A stretch of DNA of 64,000 bases from Eledone cirrhosa (lineage: Eukaryota), in contig OZ024747.1 of the NCBI GenBank assembly GCA_964016885.1, positions 1,922,001 through 1,986,000 of the forward strand. The letters are read 5' to 3'. A program made the translations under genes and the position numbers. The notes under the pieces were generated by a model. The model was given only the letters and a program-made list of their open reading frames with translations, did no database searches and was not told the origin of the DNA. Shown piece by piece: positions 1 through 10,895 of the stretch. Within the stretch, counting starts at the first letter, position 1, and each line of letters opens with the position of its first letter.

Positions 1-509
1 TGTAAATTTCTAGGAATGTGTGAATAGTGATTTAATATATTTGAACTGGGGGAGGAGACAGTGTCTACGACCTTAACAGTTCTCCTGCACTTGTGAGATA
101 AGGGCAGCTGATGCCCAGCATAAACGTCTGCAGCTCAATGTATCTCTTGTAACAGAATGAACTCCACAAAGGAGCAGAATGATTTCTGTTGGTGTTACAT
201 ACTTACTATTAAATTGACTTTAGATATATTTTATTTCAAAGACGGTTCCATTTGTTTTATTCAAAGGGAGGTTAGGGGGTCTTGCTGAATGCTTGAGCAA
301 GTTCTTTGAAAGACATGTGACTAATGATTATCTAGGGAATGGCAATATATTTATTATAAGAGTTGATGTACAATTCATCAACATTTGAATATTACAAAAA
401 AAAAAAAAAAAAAAAAAAAATGGAAAAGAAAAGGGAAAAAATTAAATAGTGAAAGACGGGAAAGGCGGAGACTTTACACTATAGTCTAGTTGGTATTTCT
501 TATTTGTGC

Positions 510-945
510 CCCACAGGTAAAATGGAAAAGATATTGCCAGAGAATAGTTAGTGATACCAACTGTATCAGTCACCCTATCTCATGGGTCTCTGTCCTCAAG
601 CAAAATATGCTCCTTCCAATTTTGTAGATAAGAAATGGCAGTTGAAGGACCAAGGAAACTAGAGGTCTCAATAGTGACAGGTACAAATAAGAAGTAGTCT
701 GTCAAGTTCTGATATAGAGCTATCTTCCTCCCCTCTAGATTACAGGTGGCATTACATGACTTGGATGTCGAGAATGTGTCACAGCACATGTCATCACAGA
801 TCAGAGATATATCTTCCTCAAATAGGAAAAGAGTTATCCTCCCATCTAGGGACTTACCATCACAATGAGGTAGGCAGCTCCAGTTATGATGAAAAACTGG
901 CCATGTTAAGGATTCTTCTCATGATGCCATTCAAGGTAAGGTCAC
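510..945 (-). mobile_element. Degenerate C-terminus of a CRE-like (restriction-like endonuclease) non-LTR retrotransposon
   Basis: Minus-strand translation across stops and frameshifts reads LNGIMRRILNMA..LE..DGKSLDG.ITLF..LICDDMCCDTFS..EGRKIALYQNL..FVPVTIETSSFLGP..DP..LIQLVSLTI..GNIFSIL. This matches the LNDxIxRAL..DGKRPDG..WDxTCxDT..FVPxAxETxG..QRLSxAIxRGN pattern as I recall it. Confidence 0.7.
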
Positions 946-959
946 CTCCCTACTCACCA

Positions 960-1115
960 CCATTGGCACAGAGTTGGCTACCCACAGGTGTGATCCTTGT
1001 GAGCTGGAATGGCTCTTCCAATGCGTCTCCCTCACCATCCTCTGGGAAAACAACTCTATTCTACCCACCAGGGCTGTGGGGCGACCAGTATATGGGCCCC
1101 CATTTGCTTATAATA
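960..1115 (+). mobile_element. Second CRE-like 3' end fragment (opposite strand)
   Basis: Reads IGTELATHRCDPCELEWLFQCVSLTILW, like GDPRExxWLxQRLSxAIxRGN. Similar to 19490-19630, including the shared ending ccatttgcttataat. Confidence 0.6.
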
Positions 1116-1399
1116 GGGAGAGATAGGGAGAGCAAGAGAGACGGAGGCAGTGAAAGGAAGAGAGGGGGGGGGGGCAGGGAGGGAACATCAACACACTTGA
1201 TAAAACAACAATAACTTTTTAACATAGATATTAACTAATTATTCTACATATAACAATATGGCTGTCACCAATTAAAAGCCATAAATTGTAATAAACGGAA
1301 TACAAAAGAAACATTTAAAATACAATAATTAAATATATAAAAAACAATAGCAATGAAAACAAAAAGAAATGTTTAAGAGTACAAAACAAAAAGTAACTT

Positions 1400-1780
1400 T
1401 ATCTACCACTCTCCCTCTCCCTCCCACTCTCCCACTATATCTCCCACTCTCTCTCTCCTTCTCCCACCCTCTATCTCCAACTATCTCCCACTCTATCTCC
1501 ACCCTCTACCTCTCACACTATCCCCCATCTATATCTCCCACTCTTCTATTCTCTCTCTTATTCTCTCTAACTTCCATGCTTTCTCAATCTCTCATACTCT
1601 CTCTATTTCTCATTTACTCTCTCTTCCATTTTCTCTCTCTCTCTACTCTTTCCTCCATTTCTCTCTCTCTCTACCCCTTCCTTCCTTCTCCACTTGTCCT
1701 TTCTTTCCCTTCTGCCCCCCCCCCCCTCCCCGCGTTCTCTCTCTCACCCATACTCCCACTCTCTACCTCCCCCCTACCCC
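1400..1780. repeat. CT-rich low-complexity tract
   Basis: Degenerate (CT)n/(CTCCCA)n. It explains ORF 1369..1803. Confidence 0.9.
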
Positions 1781-2635
1781 AGTGTCAAGGAAACTTCAGA
1801 TAACTAGTAGATATAACATGAACTGCTAATCCGATAATAATCTTAACTCTTAGAAAATGTTTTCTATAAACTTGGAGCAAGTGTCTTATTCTATTAGTTT
1901 GGGCTGACCAATGTCTTGTTGATGGAATTTGACAGACAGACCTTGCAAAATCCCCTTTTACTTATTCTTGGGTCCCAAATAATAAGGGTGGTGGTGAAAT
2001 AAGCAGAGGGTTGGAATAAACAGGGCATTGGGAAATTGATAATTGTATAATGTACATTCGTAAATATGGGATTTCTTGTAATGTTCTTTTTTTGCCATAT
2101 ATGATGTTTTTTTTAAATGTAAAATAAAATTCTTATTAGATTCTCCAGCTACTGTATCAATATGAATCACAATTATATTTTGTCGGAGATAGATTAGCAA
2201 AATTAAATAAGCGAGTGGTTTGGAAAAAATCTGAAAAATTAATATACTGACTAAGGTTTAGGGTTGGTAAATCTGGTGTTGTTGGCACTGTGTTTCTTTG
2301 TGCCTGATAACTTAACAGTTTCAGAATTCAATAAACATATCAAACATCACAAAAAGAAATTTAATAAAATGTCACCAAATTGAAATATGTATTAGGATTG
2401 ACCTGACCAAATAATCTTGAAGGTGGTGCCCCAGCATGGCCAGAGTTCAAAAAGAATAAAAGAAATAATTCGTTCCGTATCCTTATTATTATTATTATTA
2501 AAACTCTGCTTCTTAAGGATAATAACAATGGTGAAATATCAAACAGAATCCCACATATTAGCGTTGAGTACTGGTGAACCATCAGTAGCTAAACATTACA
2601 CACAAATATACTATATATATATCATGACAAACAGC

Positions 2636-2810
2636 ACCCAGTCCACACTGTAAATCTGGTTGGTGTTAGGAAGGGCATCCAGCTGTAGAAACTAAGCCCA
2701 AATCAGTCCTGAATGAGCAAATCGTGGTCATCAGACCTGGCTTGTTTCACAATGGGACAACCTGTGTAACCCATGTTAGTATGGGTAATGGACATTAAAT
2801 GATAATGATA
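2636..2810 (+). mobile_element. RTE LINE 3'-UTR/tail fragment
   Basis: cccagtccacactgtaaa..ggttggtgttaggaagggcatccagctgtagaaa..ggacattaaatgat matches the 3' end of the LINE at 5480-5770. Confidence 0.75.
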
Positions 2811-4444
2811 TATAACAACATCATCATCAGCATTTTATGTCTATCTTCCATGCTTGGATGGATTATCTGCTTGGTGCAAAGAAATTTCAAGAAACTTATT
2901 TTTTACTTTTTGAACTGATTAAATTTTAAGCATTAACAAACTGCTGTGAATTTTCTATAAATAAAAAGAAGCAACAGAATCTCATGGAATATTGTAAATA
3001 ATATATTGGATATTTTCTTGTGTGTTTTCCATAGGAAAGAAATCTGCTGGTGTTTTAAAGTTGTACCAGTTTAAATCCTCTTATATAGTATTAAAGCAAC
3101 GATGATGATGGTGGTGGTGTATACAGCTTCTGTTTCCTTTTCCACTGCATGTGAACCAAAAGCAAGTTATTAGTGGTGGTAGAAAGCTTTAGAATGTATA
3201 TCCCATATACCAACTTTAGCCTCTCCCCTCACTCAATCTCTCACTCTCTGTCTTCTCCCCCCCCCCACCGCTCTCTCTCTCTCTTGTCCCACCCTCTATT
3301 CCTTTAACTAACCCACTTATAGCTGTGACAACAGCAGTAGAAAATGACTTGTGAGCAGAAGGGACATCTCAAATAACTTTTTTAAACTAGTGAGGATTTT
3401 ACAGGGACCCTGGTAAGTGTTTGTTTTTCCACTAAAACGTAGACAAAAATTGTTATATTTGGAGAGGGTTATGTTGTCCTAATATAGCCAAAGTTTAACA
3501 CTCACTGTGTGGTTTTCACTTCAGTATATTTTAATTAATAATTTAGCTTGCAATCAATGTTTATCATTGATTGCAGTTAAAAATATATAAATATAATTTA
3601 TCAGAGTTCTAGGCAAAAATGTTTTCTATCAAACTTTTTATATCTTTTTTTTTATCTAATCCAGACAAGCAACAACTTATAAAAAAATAAAGGGAGGAAG
3701 CAAAAATAACTTAACTGATTTAGTTTGAAGAACCAATGTAATTTTTCATACAGAATCAAGAAGGGAAAAAAAAAATGAAATCTTTATATACAGAATTTGA
3801 AAATGAAAAATAGTTGTAGAGATGTCCTACATTTTTTGGTATCTAAAATTTAAGTAAAAAAAGGTTTCCTTATTGAGCTGTATAAATCCAAAGGCAACTT
3901 GTTTACCAACCTGTAAGTATGCTGGATAAACAGAGAGATGGTAGTTAAAGGCAGCAGTTTACCCATTCACAGGTTGGTAAATGAAAAGCATCTAGAGATT
4001 CAAATGTTTTTGTTTTTACATACATATCTACATGCATATATATATATATATGCACATATATGATCTATCTATCTATGGATATAAATGATATATATATATA
4101 TGTATTTATATCTATGGATATATATATTTATATCTATTTATATATATATATGCATGTATTTATATATGTGTATAAATATATTTTACATGCCAACAAAAGG
4201 GCAAGAATGAAGGGTATATATATGAATATATATTTGTATATATATGTATGTTTATGGATGTATATATACATGTACTTGCATATGAATATATAGATGTATA
4301 AATATATATATATAAATATATATATATATAGTCCTATACGAGCAAGACACGGTCACCCGACCAACCTTGCCTCAAGTGGGACAACTCCCGTCTAACCCAT
4401 GTTAGCGTGGAAGATGGACGTTAAATGATGATGATGATATCAAT

Positions 4445-4730
4445 ATATCCAGGGAGTGTAACTTGGAGTTACTGTAGGTTCACCCGGGTGAGCACTCAGT
4501 GTTTAGGTTCACTTCAGTGTGGAGGTGTAGAGCTAGACAGAGTGTATTATAGTGAAAAGATAACAAGGACGATTGGTTACTCCTTCATTACGTTTATTGG
4601 TTGGTGACACGTGTTTCACCACTGATCAGCTCAAGGTTTGATCTGTATCGATCTTACCCGACTCTGTAATGTGCGGCTTGTCGGACCCCTTGTAATATGT
4701 AATTTTTAAAATTATGTAAGCTGTATATAT
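4445..4730 (-). mobile_element. Penelope-like pLTR relic with decayed hammerhead
   Basis: Minus strand reads gggt-CCGACAA..GAAACACGTGTC-acc..aataaac. It shares aaccttgagctgatca..gaaaca..gtcac..aataaac with the 7753-7850 island and sits in a TA tract. Confidence 0.45.
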
Positions 4731-4745
4731 GTATACACACATATC

Positions 4746-4778
<33 letters not shown>

Positions 4779-5387
4779 GATATATATATATGTATATATG
4801 ATATATATATATGTATATATATCTATATATATATATATGTATAAATGTGTGTGTATATATATATATACAGCTTACATAATTTTAAAAATTACATATTACG
4901 CATAAGAAGCTATTAAAATATATTGTCATATGATTACATATGTTGTATTATGTAAGTATGTATATGTTTGAGTGTGCATTTGTTTATGTGTGTTTATGTA
5001 TGCGTTTGTGTATGTGCGTATATATGTGTGTATGTGTTTCTGTATGTGTGTTTGCATGCCTGTCAGTCAGTATATTTATAATTGACAGTGATGGTGGGAA
5101 AAGTTGTTCTTTTGAAAACAAGTGTTGACATTATTCTGTCAATTGTGGAGAAATTGAACTGAAGATTCTTTGGAAGATTCTTTGGTGTGAACAAATAAGA
5201 ATTCTTTATATATATATATATTATAAAGAGTGGGGGGCACTGATGGCTTGGCTCTTGCCATATCAACAGCGAGTTCCAGACTCTACTACCATATTCTACT
5301 ACTCCGAGTATTGAGTACTTTGTTGAGTAATGATCCAACCAGTTTCAAACTGAATCCATGCTGATATATATATATATATATATAAAT

Positions 5388-5444
<57 letters not shown>

Positions 5445-5479
5445 AATATATATATTTAAATATATATATATATATATAT

Positions 5480-7497
5480 CATCATCATCATCACCGTTTT
5501 ACGTCCGTTCTTCCACGCTAGCATGGGTTAGACGGGTTGTCCTGTTGTGGGCAGTGTCTGGTCGGCTGACCATGCCTTGCTCATACAGGAACTGATCTGG
5601 CTTGATTTCTACAGCTGGATGCCCTTCCTAACACCAACCTCATTTACAGTGAGTGCTGGGTGCTTTTTCGTGGCGCCTACACGTCCACTTTACAGTGTGG
5701 GCTGGGTGCTTTTTTACCGTGGCACCTCCACGACCACCTTGCGGTGGGGGGGGGGCATATTGTTTATATGCTTCAGCATGTACCCATGGGAGGTCGGGTA
5801 CCCTGTATTACTGCGTGACGCCAGAGGTCACGGTCGTGTGTCATTGACTTTGAGAGGTGTAGTTGGGTAAAGTCGGCTTTTATCACCTCATCCCAAGTCA
5901 TCTTGGGTCTCCCCACTCCGCGGTTTCCATCAACTTCTAGTGCTCTGCACCTTTTTATGCAGCTGTCATCCTTCATACGCATCACATGTCCATACCATCG
6001 TAACCGCCTCTCCTGCACGCAGCATTTGATTCCTCTTATGCTCAGTCTCTCTCTCAATTCATTTATGCTTTGTCGTTCACGTATATTACTGTTACACATC
6101 CATCGGAGCATGCAGGCTTCGTTTCTCTCTAATCTACGTAAGTCTTCCACCTTCAGCGCCCAGGTCTCACTACCATGCAACATCGCTGTTCGGATACACG
6201 CATCATACAGTCTGCCTTTCATTCTGAGGGAGAAGCCTTTTGCAGCTAGCAGTGGTAGTAGTTCCCTAAACTTCTTCCATCCCGTTCTTACCCTAGTTAT
6301 TGTACTTTCTGAGCACCCACCTCCGTTGCTAATTCGGTCACCTAGGTAGCAGAAGCTGTCTACTGTTTCTACAGGGCCCTCCCAGAGATTGGTGGTACTT
6401 GTTTCCTGTGGCTGTTTGCTTGCTGTTTCAGCACAGCTGCTGCATGTGAATCCTACATTCTTAATTAAGCTTCCTGAGATCCCGCTACATCTCTTGTGTA
6501 CCCATTGTTTGCATTTGGGGCAAAGAATGGAGTTCCTACCTACACCTTTCCTACATACTGAGCAAGGCCATTTCCCTGAGGGGATCTGGGTTCTGTTTTC
6601 TCGTCTACTTATAAGGACCTTAGTCTTTGTCATGTTGACTTTGAGGCCCTTTCTCTCTAGTCCCTGCTTCCAGGTTTGGAATTTATTCTCTAGTTCTACC
6701 ATAGATTCAGCTATGAGTGCGAGGTCATCAGCATACAGGAGTTCCCATGGGCATCCGGTCTTAAACTCCTCCGTTATTGCCTGCAGGACTATGATGAACA
6801 GGAGAGGGCTAAGAACAGAGCCCTGGTGGACCCCAACCTGTACGCTAAATTCCTCGCTATACTCATTGCCAATCCTAACTTTGCTGACTGCTCCCCTATA
6901 CATGGCTTGTACCGCTTTCACAAGCCATTCATCTACTCCTAGTTTTCTAAGAGCCCACCAGATTACTGCACGTGGAACTCTGTCAAAGGCTTTCTCAAGG
7001 TCGACAAATGCCAAGTAGAGTGGCTTACTTTTAGCTAGGTACTTTTCCTGTAATTGCCTCACAAGGAAGAGCGCATCAGTGGTGCCTTTCCCTGGAACAA
7101 ACCCAAATTGCATCTCGTCTATATTCACCCGGTCCCTAATCAGCTGTGCTATAACTCTTTCTGTTACTTTCATGACCTGGTCCATCAACTTTATACCTCT
7201 ATAGTTTCCTCTATCTAGTGCATCGCCTTTACCTTTGTAGCAGTTGACAATGATGCTACTGCACCAATCTTTTGGTATGGCCCCCTCTAGTATTACCTGG
7301 TTAACGATACGTGTGGTTATAGTGTGACCTACAGACCCAGATGCCTTCAGCATCTCGGCAGCTATACCCGATGGACCGGTTGCCTTCCCTATCTTCATAT
7401 CTTTGATTGCCTTACTTACTACGCTGCCGCTGACTTGTACTGCTGGTCCCTCTATAGGGTCTACGTGGGGTAGGGTCTCTTCTTCCCATGCATTCTC
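5480..7497 (-). mobile_element. 5'-truncated RTE/BovB-type LINE: RT domain, C-terminus and 3' UTR with (ATG)n tail
   Basis: Open 541-aa ORF 5773..7398 with NYRGIKL, QFGF, AFVDLEKAFDRV, GVHQGSVLSPLLF, LLYADD, FCYLG and RRLRWYGHVMR. The (CAT)n tail at 5480-5493 abuts (TA)n. Confidence 0.95.
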
Positions 7498-7528
7498 TTA
7501 TATATATATAAATTCCCATGCATTCTCT

Positions 7529-7564
<36 letters not shown>

Positions 7565-7752
7565 AATATATATATAACTTGTTGTAACCTTATGTTACTG
7601 TCAGTTCACCAACTTGAGCACTGGATGTGTAGGTGGGTCCGTTTAAGTACAGTATTTTGGTATTAACATGGCATTGGATTACTTGGAGTCTATGATGTCA
7701 CATCTATATACACAGAACTGTGCACAGACGGCTCTCATCGTTGGCAAACCAA

Positions 7753-7839
7753 GAGTCTGATGAACTATTGATTTCAGGGTCAGGCCTGATCAATACAGAA
7801 TGAACCTTGAGCTGATCAATAGCGAAACATGCGTCACAC
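7753..7839 (+). ncRNA. Hammerhead ribozyme-like motif (type I, long stem II, slightly decayed)
   Basis: gagt-CTGATGA-a-CTATTGAT...ATCAATAG-c-GAAA-CATGCG-TC-acac, followed by aataaa. Confidence 0.55.
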
Positions 7840-7909
7840 CTGAATAAACTTAATGATGATACTCAGACACCTTGCACCTGGTTCCTACTTATATATATAT
7901 ATATATATA

Positions 7910-8467
7910 CTAGCTGAGGTACCCGGTAATACCCGGGAGTGGAGGTATTCCAAGTTCCCATTAAAATGCCCAATCCCTCTCAGACCAAAAATGAAATCAA
8001 AATATAGGACAGATAATGAAAAGCGAAGACAAATTCATTTACGAAACAATAATACAAACAAATATTATTGATTGCATTGGTCAGGTGAAAAAATGTTTGT
8101 CAGAGAAGTTGAGTGTTGCTATAAGGAATAAAAAAGAACCCCCATTAGGGTGTCTTCGTATTATTGAAATTTTCTGTAATTTTGTGAATAGGCAGCATAT
8201 CTTGTCATTTACCTATGGTTTAAATTTCATATAAATCGTAGGAAAAAAATTTTCAGTAGGGGTTTTGTGCCCTTGGGGAACCCTTTGATTAAAATGAAAT
8301 ATACGTAAGAAATCAAATGGGCATGAGCCCCACACACATGTCAAGTTTCATCAAGATCGGTTTGGTAGTTTTTGAGTTTTAGGTTCACAAACAAACAAAC
8401 AAACAAACAAACAAACAAACAAACACAAACAGACAAAAATTGCCATTTATGTATATAGAAGATAAGA
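7910..8467 (-). mobile_element. Non-autonomous Helitron with (GTTT)n microsatellite
   Basis: Minus strand starts TC..TATATACATAAA, then (TTTG)n, and ends with the hairpin CCCGG-GTATTA-CCGGG about 9 nt before the terminal CTAG. Inserted between A and T. Confidence 0.85.
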
Positions 8468-8911
8468 TATAGATGTAGATTCCAAACTAGTGTTGGGGGT
8501 AACCACAATTAAAAAAGGTACTCAATACATTGGTAGAGTATAGGCAACTTTATTATATAGAAATGTCTTATACAGGATTAGAACTGTTATTAATATGAAA
8601 TCATCAGGACATTGATGATTTCATACGAATGATACAGTTCTTGTCCTGTAGGAGTCATTTCTCTCTCTCTTATATATATATATATATATATATAAGAGGG
8701 AGAGAGAGCGACGACTCCTACAGGACAAAATAAAACCCTTTTTGTACAGCCGCCCATGTTATTCTTCAATCTTTCACTATATATATATATATATATATAG
8801 TGTTCCAATGTATATATATATATATCCATATGTGGTTGATGGCTGCGAGAAAAGAGTATACAATACCAAATTAGAGTTTTAGTATTCATTTTATTCAGGC
8901 TAAAAAGTGAT

Positions 8912-8961
8912 TCTTGTTACTCTGGAGTTACGCCTGTTTATTCCAGGGTCATCAGACAAGA
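8912..8961 (-). ncRNA. Hammerhead ribozyme-like motif (decayed)
   Basis: Minus strand reads TCTTGT-CTGATGA-c-CCTG-gaataaa-CAGG-c-GTAA-CTC-ca-GAG-TA-ACAAGA. Stems I, II and III all pair; GAAA is changed to GTAA. Confidence 0.55.
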
Positions 8962-9124
8962 TTCTCTATTTAGCCGTAATAAAATGAAGATATATAATTA
9001 TTGATATGCATTTGAATTTATATATATATCTTTGATAATTTCCTTCTGCTTCTTGTGTATTTGTGAGTGTTATGCATTTAACAACCTTAACCAGGGAATG
9101 AAAACAAGGATATAATATTTAATA

Positions 9125-9245
9125 TAATTGTTTCTACTTTTGGCACAAGGCTAGCAATTATCCCAGTACATTACTGGTACTTTATTTTATCGACCCCGTA
9201 AGGATGAAAAGCAAAGTCAACCTCAGCAGAGTTTGAATTCAGATC
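9125..9245 (-). mobile_element. tRNA-derived SINE fragment (family A)
   Basis: Carries the family-A core (consensus gcctttcatccttacggggtcgataaaataaagtaccag) repeated throughout the window. Confidence 0.8.
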
Positions 9246-9330
9246 ATAATGAAACAAAATTATGTAGATCTCTTTTTTTATGCATCAAAAACATAAAACA
9301 TGGAATTTCCACCTAGTATTTATAAGTGTA

Positions 9331-9382
<52 letters not shown>

Positions 9383-9782
9383 CAACTATAGAAAACCAAC
9401 CCCCAAATGGATCCCATGAAAAAATGTGTTCATCTGTCCTGTATAGTCTCATACCATGATAGTTTGTTTAATCCATGGAATATAGATATTAAATGGTGAT
9501 GATGACATTTTCAAATTTCAAACAGTCTCAACACTTTGTTAATTCATAAAATTTGTTTATATCTGGCTACATTCTAGCTCCAAGCTGTATAGTATAGCCT
9601 GTCATAGCACCATCACAAGGGTGGTTGTCAAATCTTTGACACAACTGAAGAATCCCCTTATAACTTTTGACATAGTTTCTACAGCTTTCTATCATGAACC
9701 ACCTTCCAGTATGTACTGGGTCCATGTTTCATGGCATCAGCACTACACATTTTCTCTTGTGACTGAAGAGACTGCTATATAT

Positions 9783-10010
9783 AATCATCATCATCACTGT
9801 TTAATGTCCATTTCTCCATGGTAGCATGGGTTAGATGAGTTGTCCTGTTTTGAGCAATGCCAGGTCAGGTGACCATGTCTTGCTCATACAGAACTGATTC
9901 TGGCTTGGTTTCTACAGCTGGATGTCCTTCATAATGCCAACCACATTTACAGTGAGTATTGAGTGCTTTTTGTTGTGTCACCATCACGACCACATTACAG
10001 TGTGGGCTGG
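9783..10010 (-). mobile_element. RTE LINE 3'-UTR fragment
   Basis: (CAT)n tail and ttctacagctggatg..ccaaccacatttacagtg, as in the other copies. Confidence 0.75.
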
Positions 10011-10180
10011 AGACTTATATACACATATATATGGAGGCTTATATACACATATATATGGAGGCTTATATACACATATATATGGAGGCTTATATACACATAT
10101 ATATGGAGACTTATATACACATATATATGGAGACTTATATACACATATATATGGAGGCTTATATACACATATATATATAT
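10009..10180. repeat. 24-bp minisatellite, about 7 copies
   Basis: Unit gga(g/-)(g/a)cttatatacacatatatat, i.e. ggaggctt... or ggagactt...; 8-aa periodic ORFs in all frames. Confidence 0.9.
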
Positions 10181-10309
10181 CTGGAGAACTTTTCACCAGT
10201 AGTAGTCAGTTCAAGAAATTGTCCTTTTATTGAGGGAGTCTCTTGAGAAGTCAGGGGTCAGGGGTAGGAGATGTCATTGGTGGTTTAGATAACTGTTATC
10301 TCTATCTCT

Positions 10310-10895
10310 TCCTCATCATCACCATCTCCCCTCCCCACCCCACCACCATCACCATCTCCACCACCATCACCCCCACCCCACCCCCATCATCTCCACCATC
10401 ATCACCATCTCCTCCCCATCACCATCCCCCCATCACCATCTCCACCATCACCATCTCCACCACCATCACTATCTCCAACACCATCTCCACCATCATCACC
10501 ATCTCCACCACCACCACCATCTCCACCACCATCATCATCTCCACCACCATCACCATCTCCACCACCACCTCCGCCACCATCATCATCTCCACCACCATCA
10601 CCATCTCCACCACCACCTCCGCTACCATCATCATCTCCACCACCATCACCATCTCCACCACCATCATCATCTCCACCACCATCACTATCTCCAACACCAT
10701 CTCCACCACCATCTCCACCACCATCATCATCTCCACCACCAACACCATCTCCACCACCATCATCATCTCCACCATCTCCACCACCATCTCCAACACCATC
10801 ATCATCTCCACCACCTATCACCATCTCCACCACCATCACTATCTCCAACACCATCTCCACCACCATCATCATCACTATCATTACTATCACCATTG
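10310..10895. repeat. (CAC/CAT/CTC)n low-complexity tract
   Basis: Trinucleotide mosaic that explains the TTITIS, GGGD and VVEMM ORFs. Confidence 0.9.

Noticed and set aside
5903-7018. Plus-strand ORFs of 148 and 209 aa
   Set aside because: Antisense shadows of the RTE ORF.
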